From contig CAVXVB010000008.1 of assembly GCA_963765205.1 (NCBI GenBank), forward strand, positions 160,001-224,000: 64,000 nt of DNA. Reading direction: 5' to 3'. The notes under the pieces were generated by a model that ran no database searches, was not told the origin of the DNA, and saw only the letters and a list, made by a program, of their open reading frames with translations. This stretch comes from an uncultured Verrucomicrobiae bacterium (GTDB lineage: Bacteria; Verrucomicrobiota; Verrucomicrobiia; Opitutales; JABDGR01). The position numbers and the translations under genes are program-made. Of this stretch, positions 59,593 to 64,000 are shown piece by piece (position 1 is the stretch's first letter; every line of letters starts with the position of its first letter).

Positions 59593-60723
59593 ATGCGCCG
59601 GAACTCAATCTGGAAATGGCTGCTCCTCATCACTCCCTTATGGGCGGTGGCCTGGGCGGCGGGCGACCTGCCGACTTTGCCCGTGCCGCCCCTGCCGGAT
59701 AATTCCCCGCCGGCTCCCAATGCGCCCTCCTCCGCCCCCGCGCCCTTCACTATGGACGACTGGGAGGCGCACATGCCTTCGCCCATCACCCCCACCCGCA
59801 ACGCCAGCACCCACAGTGATGACCGCGACTCGGCCCTCTTGCACTCCAACTTGCCGCCGATGGATGCGTCCGTCACCTCCTCGTCCCTGCCCGACCTCCC
59901 GCCCCCCGGCCAAATTCCCAAAGGCGACAGCGACAACGTCCGCCTCGCCGCCATCGCCCAGGCCGACCGCGACTTTTTCCAGACCCTCGCCAAAAACCCC
60001 CAAACCTGGCCCGACGCCGAACGCGACCGCCGCGCGCAGGCCATCCACGACCAGTATTATTTCTACATCGTCAACTATCCCCAGGACGTCAACGCCATCG
60101 TGCTCTATGGCAAGCTGCTCAACCGCACCGGCCTCAACGACCTCGCCTACGAAGCCTTCCGCCACGCCGACGAACTCGACCCCAACCTCGCCGTCGTCAA
60201 ACAACAACTCGCCAACCACCTCGCCGAAACCGGAAAATACGCGCCCGCCCTCGAACTCCTGCGCCAGGCCGTGGCCCTCGCCCCCACCGAACCGCTCTAC
60301 CATTACCAAATCGGCGAGCTGCTCAACATCTACTACACGCACTTTGTCGCCGACAAAATTTTCGACCAGCCGGGCCTCAACCAAACCATGGAGGCGGAAT
60401 TTGCGCGCGCTGCCGACCTCGCCCCGCAGGAACCCGGCTTCGCCTGGCGTCACGCGGAATGTTTTTACGACATGATCGCCCCCGATTGGAACGCCGCCCT
60501 CGCCGCCTGGACGGGCCTCGGCCGGCACACCACCAACCCCACCCTCCTCGAAATGATCCGCCTGCACCGCGCCCGCGCGCTGCTCGAATTAGGCCGCCTC
60601 GCCGAAGCCCGCGCACTCATCGTCCAGCCTGTCGTGGCGGCGCTCGAAGCCAGCCGCGCCGAACTCGCCCGCCGTCTGGCCGTGCCCGCCCCACCCCCGG
60701 CGGCCACCACCACCGCTTCCTGA
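59593..60723 (+). CDS. Exported TPR-repeat protein
   Basis: Signal peptide, Pro-rich linker, TPR-like units (A.ELDP, A.ALAP, AADLAP). Confidence 0.8.
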   Translation: MRRNSIWKWLLLITPLWAVAWAAGDLPTLPVPPLPDNSPPAPNAPSSAPAPFTMDDWEAHMPSPITPTRNASTHSDDRDSALLHSNLPPMDASVTSSSLPDLPPPGQIPKGDSDNVRLAAIAQADRDFFQTLAKNPQTWPDAERDRRAQAIHDQYYFYIVNYPQDVNAIVLYGKLLNRTGLNDLAYEAFRHADELDPNLAVVKQQLANHLAETGKYAPALELLRQAVALAPTEPLYHYQIGELLNIYYTHFVADKIFDQPGLNQTMEAEFARAADLAPQEPGFAWRHAECFYDMIAPDWNAALAAWTGLGRHTTNPTLLEMIRLHRARALLELGRLAEARALIVQPVVAALEASRAELARRLAVPAPPPAATTTAS

Positions 60724-60763
60724 TTGCGGACTGTTTCGATTTCCCACTCTTTATTGCCTCCCC

Positions 60764-61441
60764 ATGAACCCAGACACCCTCAACGCCCTGCGCGAAGGCC
60801 TGATTCTCTACCTCATCCTCGCCTTAAGCATCGCGCTGCACGAATTCGGCCACGCCAAAGTCGCCGACCTCCTGGGTGACCCCCTCCCCCGCGCGCAAGG
60901 CCGCGTCACCCTCAATCCCCTCAACCACCTCGACCCCATCGGCACCGGCCTCATTCCCCTGCTCACCATTTTCCTGCCCATTCTCTCCCACTCGCGCCTC
61001 CCGCTCAATTTAATCGGCTGGGGCCGCCCTGTGCAAATTTCCCTGATTCATCCCCGCACCCGCGTGCGCGACGAAATTTTGATCACCCTGGCCGGGCCGG
61101 GCATGAATGTCCTGATTGCGCTCGCCGCCGCGCTCGCGGGCGGGTTGACGATGCGGTTTCAGCACGCCGACACCACCGTCTGGGCCGAGGAAATTATCTA
61201 CATCAACGCCATCCAAATCGCCTTCAACCTCATCCCCCTCCCGCCCCTGGACGGCTCCCGCATCCTCCGCCACGTCATCGGCCTCAGCGAAGAAATGTTC
61301 GTGAAGCTGACCATGATCACCCCCATCGTGCTGCTGATCCTGATCAACACCCAAGGCTTCCAAAACTTCATCGCCACCACCACCAACCACGTCGCCGCGC
61401 CATTTTATGCCTGCATGGATGCCCTCCGCGGCGGTGGTTGA
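60764..61441 (+). CDS. Site-2 protease (M50 family)
   Basis: HEFGH, LAGP, FNLIPLPPLDG. Confidence 0.93.
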   Translation: MNPDTLNALREGLILYLILALSIALHEFGHAKVADLLGDPLPRAQGRVTLNPLNHLDPIGTGLIPLLTIFLPILSHSRLPLNLIGWGRPVQISLIHPRTRVRDEILITLAGPGMNVLIALAAALAGGLTMRFQHADTTVWAEEIIYINAIQIAFNLIPLPPLDGSRILRHVIGLSEEMFVKLTMITPIVLLILINTQGFQNFIATTTNHVAAPFYACMDALRGGG

Positions 61442-61456
61442 GCGCGCCGGTTGCCA

Positions 61457-61484
61457 AGGGTCGTCGGCACTTGCCGACGACCCT
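61457..61484. terminator. Perfect 13-bp hairpin after the M50 gene (terminator- or REP-like)
   Basis: AGGGTCGTCGGCA-CT-TGCCGACGACCCT; no strong U-tract. Confidence 0.4.
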
Positions 61485-61559
61485 CCGGTGCTTTCTCCAA
61501 GGCAAAAATAAATCCTAACTCAAAAAATATTATTGGCGCGGGGTGCGGGATGGGACTGA

Positions 61560-63314
61560 ATGGCGGGCATCATGCCGGATGTTTCCCCGCAACCGGAATT
61601 GCCCGCCCCGCCGGTCATCGCGCGCCGCGCGCCGGTGTTGTGGGTGGCGGCGGCGATTCTCCTGGGCTATCTCGGCGCAGCGGCGTGGCCGAACGTTCCG
61701 ATGAAAATGCTCGCGGGGCTGGCGGTGGTATTCGCGGCGGGCGCGCTGGCGCTCTCCATCGCCGCGCCGGAGCCGGAATTGCGCGGGCGGAAATTCGCCG
61801 GCGGCTGGGGCGTGTGCTTTTTAATCGCGGGGGCTTTGCTCGCCTGGGCCTGGCACGCGGCGCGCGTGCGCACCCCCGCCGCCGAGTGGGCGACGTTGCC
61901 GCCGCGCGAGGCAACCCTGACTTTGCGAATCGAGCGCAACTTTGCCATGCGCGCCGACTCCGATTACGCCGGCGGCCTGGCGGAGGTGGTGGACCCGCCC
62001 GAGGTATTCAACGAGCTGCGCGGCGTGAACATTTTGTTTCGCGTGCGCGTGCGCGCCGGGGAAACTCCGCCGCCGCGCGGCGCGACCATTGTGGAGACGG
62101 GCGTGCTGGATTATTTGCCCGTGCTCGCGCCCGACCCGGCGGACCCGGCGTCCGCCGACGCCGCGCGCTTCCGCGCGTATTTGCACGCGCAAGGGGCGTG
62201 GTTCGAACTGGGGCGCGGGCTGTGGGAGCGCACCGTGGCGCCGCCCAGCGGCTGGGCGCGGTGGCTCGCGGCGCAACACGCGCGCATCGAGGCGATCTTG
62301 CGCCAAGGGCCGGCGGGCTGGGAGGCCAAATACGGGAACCTTTATACGGCGCTGTTACTCGGCGAGCCGGGGTTGCTCGACCCGGCGCAGCGCACGGCGT
62401 TCACGGTGTCGGGCGGGATTTATCTTTTCTCGATCAGCGGGCTGCACGTCGGCGTGCTGGCGGCGGCGATCTGGTGGGTGCTGCGGCGGATTCCCGGCGT
62501 GCCGCACGCGGTGGGCGAGGCGGTGACGCTCGGGATGGCGTGGCTCTATGTCGAAATCGCTGGGGACACGACTTCGGGGCGGCGCGTGGCGTTGATGCTG
62601 ACGTTCTACCTCGTGGGCAAATGGCTGGGCCGCGCGCGCAGCCCGCTGCCGGCCGTGCTGGCGGCGGGCGTGGCGACGCTGGTCGTAAATCCGCTGGCGC
62701 TCGACAATTCGGGCTTCGAGCTTTCCTACGCCGTCGTGCTAGGTTTGATTTTATATGCGCCATTGTTGTATGGAGTTGTGGCGGCGCGCTGGCTACCCTG
62801 GCGCGACGTGCCGGCGGAAAGCCTCGCGCCGTGGCAGAAGTGCGGGGTGTGGCTGTGGGAGCGCTTGGTGGGAATGGCGGTGACTTCGTGGACGGCGGTG
62901 CTGGGCAGCGCGCCGCTCACCGCGGAATTTTTCGGCGTGTTTTCCGCGCACATCCTGTTTCTGAACCTGATTTTGTTTCCGCTGACGTGCGGGGCGCTGT
63001 GGGCAGGCGCGCTGGCGGTGGCGGCGGGATTGGGCGGCTTCGCGCCGCTGACCTGGCTGGCGTGGTTGGCCAACGGCGCGGGGCTGGCGCTGGTCGGGCT
63101 GATGCAGAAAATTGCGGGCGTCGCGCCGCCGCTGCCGGGGTTGTTTGCCCAGGTGGAGATCATTCCGCTGCGGGCCGGTTCGCTGGCGGCGCTGGCGGTC
63201 GTGGCGGCGATGCTGCTGGCGCAGCCGAAAGGGCGCGCGCCGCGCTGGTGGTATTTCGCGCTGCCGGTGGCCATCCTCGCGGCGGCGGCGGCCTTCACGG
63301 TGCGGCTGGTGTGA
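61560..63314 (+). CDS. comEC: ComEC/Rec2 competence channel protein (no C-terminal MBL domain)
   Basis: ALLLG, FSISGLHV, GFELSY, many TM helices. Confidence 0.88.
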   Translation: MAGIMPDVSPQPELPAPPVIARRAPVLWVAAAILLGYLGAAAWPNVPMKMLAGLAVVFAAGALALSIAAPEPELRGRKFAGGWGVCFLIAGALLAWAWHAARVRTPAAEWATLPPREATLTLRIERNFAMRADSDYAGGLAEVVDPPEVFNELRGVNILFRVRVRAGETPPPRGATIVETGVLDYLPVLAPDPADPASADAARFRAYLHAQGAWFELGRGLWERTVAPPSGWARWLAAQHARIEAILRQGPAGWEAKYGNLYTALLLGEPGLLDPAQRTAFTVSGGIYLFSISGLHVGVLAAAIWWVLRRIPGVPHAVGEAVTLGMAWLYVEIAGDTTSGRRVALMLTFYLVGKWLGRARSPLPAVLAAGVATLVVNPLALDNSGFELSYAVVLGLILYAPLLYGVVAARWLPWRDVPAESLAPWQKCGVWLWERLVGMAVTSWTAVLGSAPLTAEFFGVFSAHILFLNLILFPLTCGALWAGALAVAAGLGGFAPLTWLAWLANGAGLALVGLMQKIAGVAPPLPGLFAQVEIIPLRAGSLAALAVVAAMLLAQPKGRAPRWWYFALPVAILAAAAAFTVRLV

Positions 63315-63322
63315 AATATAGT

Positions 63323-63424
63323 TTCACCGCAAAGGCCGCAAAGGGAATTTTTTACCACGGATTTCACGGATGCCACGGATTGGTCGGGTGCTTTTTATCC
63401 GTGCTATCCGAATAATCCGTGGTT
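63323..63424. repeat. Composite 9-nt element: ACCGCAAAG arm plus inverted CACGGAT arms
   Basis: ttcaccgcaaaggccgcaaagg; accacggatttcacggatgccacggatt ... atccgtgctatccgaataatccgtggt. Confidence 0.85.
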
Positions 63425-63493
63425 TCCGCTCCGGCATTTAGGATTATCGCCCGCAGGCTTGCGTTGGAGCCGACCAGGCGTTTGTATATCCCG

Positions 63494-63778
63494 ATGAAAA
63501 GCGCCTACGAACTGGCGATGGAGCGGCTCAACAAGGCCGACCCGGAAGCCGCGAAAGAACTCACCCCCGCGCAGAAACAGCAACTGGCGGACATTGACCA
63601 GCGCTACAAGGCCAAGCGGGCCGAGCGCGAGATTTTCCTGAACCAGCAAATCGCCGCCGCGCGCGCCGCCGGACAGGCCGAGGAACTGGCCAAATTGATC
63701 GAGCAACTCAGCCGCGAGCGCACCCGCATTGACGAGGAGCGCGAGGACGAGAAAAACAAAGTGCGCCGGGGCAAATAA
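63494..63778 (+). CDS. Small helical hypothetical protein
   Basis: MKSAYELAMERL..., charged coiled-coil-like, host-like codon usage. Confidence 0.75.
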   Translation: MKSAYELAMERLNKADPEAAKELTPAQKQQLADIDQRYKAKRAEREIFLNQQIAAARAAGQAEELAKLIEQLSRERTRIDEEREDEKNKVRRGK

Positions 63779-63789
63779 AACTCAGCCAC

Positions 63790-64000
63790 TTAATTAGGGG
63801 CTGGGTTGGCCGCCGCCATCGGCTGGGCCGTCGGCGCGGGCGGCGCGGTCTCGATTTCCGTGGCGTAATACTGCCGGTCAATTTTGAGAATCGGCCATTG
63901 GGCGACCTGCGCGGGATCGTGCTCGGATTCCAGCATGGCCTCGAATTTGGTGAGCGCGGCTTGCATCTGCTCTGGCGTCACGGGGTGGTAGCGGCGGGTC
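63790..64000 (-). CDS. Partial CDS (3' end; runs off the right edge)
   Basis: Open frame ending ...MAAANPAPN* with host-like codons. Confidence 0.55.
   Translation of the reverse strand, partial: TRRYHPVTPEQMQAALTKFEAMLESEHDPAQVAQWPILKIDRQYYATEIETAPPAPTAQPMAAANPAPN

Noticed and set aside
61451..63415. Long alternative-frame and antisense ORFs (e.g. 61451..63415, 16686..18413, 20665..22314, 25967..27586, 29535..31175, 32486..34306)
   Set aside because: Shadow ORFs of high-GC genes; they are Arg/Gly/Ala-rich, have no motifs, and overlap well-supported genes.

Overview
GC-rich bacterial chromosome segment, probably Verrucomicrobiota (Opitutales-like). This is an inference from gene content and protein style. 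The backbone is housekeeping and metabolic: glycerate kinase, cimA, proB, frr, pyrH, ptsI, pyrF, ispD, hpnC plus an hpnD-hpnE fusion, gltX, comEC, tRNA-Ala(GGC), ABC/RND transporters and two signalling clusters. Accessory DNA is embedded in it. (1) A complete IS5-family element at 11689-12570. (2) A 2.66-kb IS1595-family element with 18-bp TIRs and an 8-bp TSD, carrying a coupled nucleotidyltransferase-like gene and a partner gene. (3) Single genes slotted into operons: a trypsin-like protease, a DUF4304-like gene, a MazEF-like pair and GxxExxY. (4) An RDD gene flanked by a duplicated gltX 5' end. The most striking unexplained structure is about 20 short intergenic elements built from 9-, 8- or 7-nt tandem units, often as inverted arm pairs. 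One pair encloses a GxxExxY (PD-(D/E)XK-like) gene, and near-identical gene-less copies sit on the stop codons of pyrF, gltX and an M14 peptidase, which suggests an autonomous/non-autonomous repeat-mobility system. A cluster of three palindromes at 4055-4177 translates into peptides resembling RhuM-family motifs. Six single-base frameshifts in otherwise intact genes may be assembly errors. All family assignments come from motif recognition; no database search was run.
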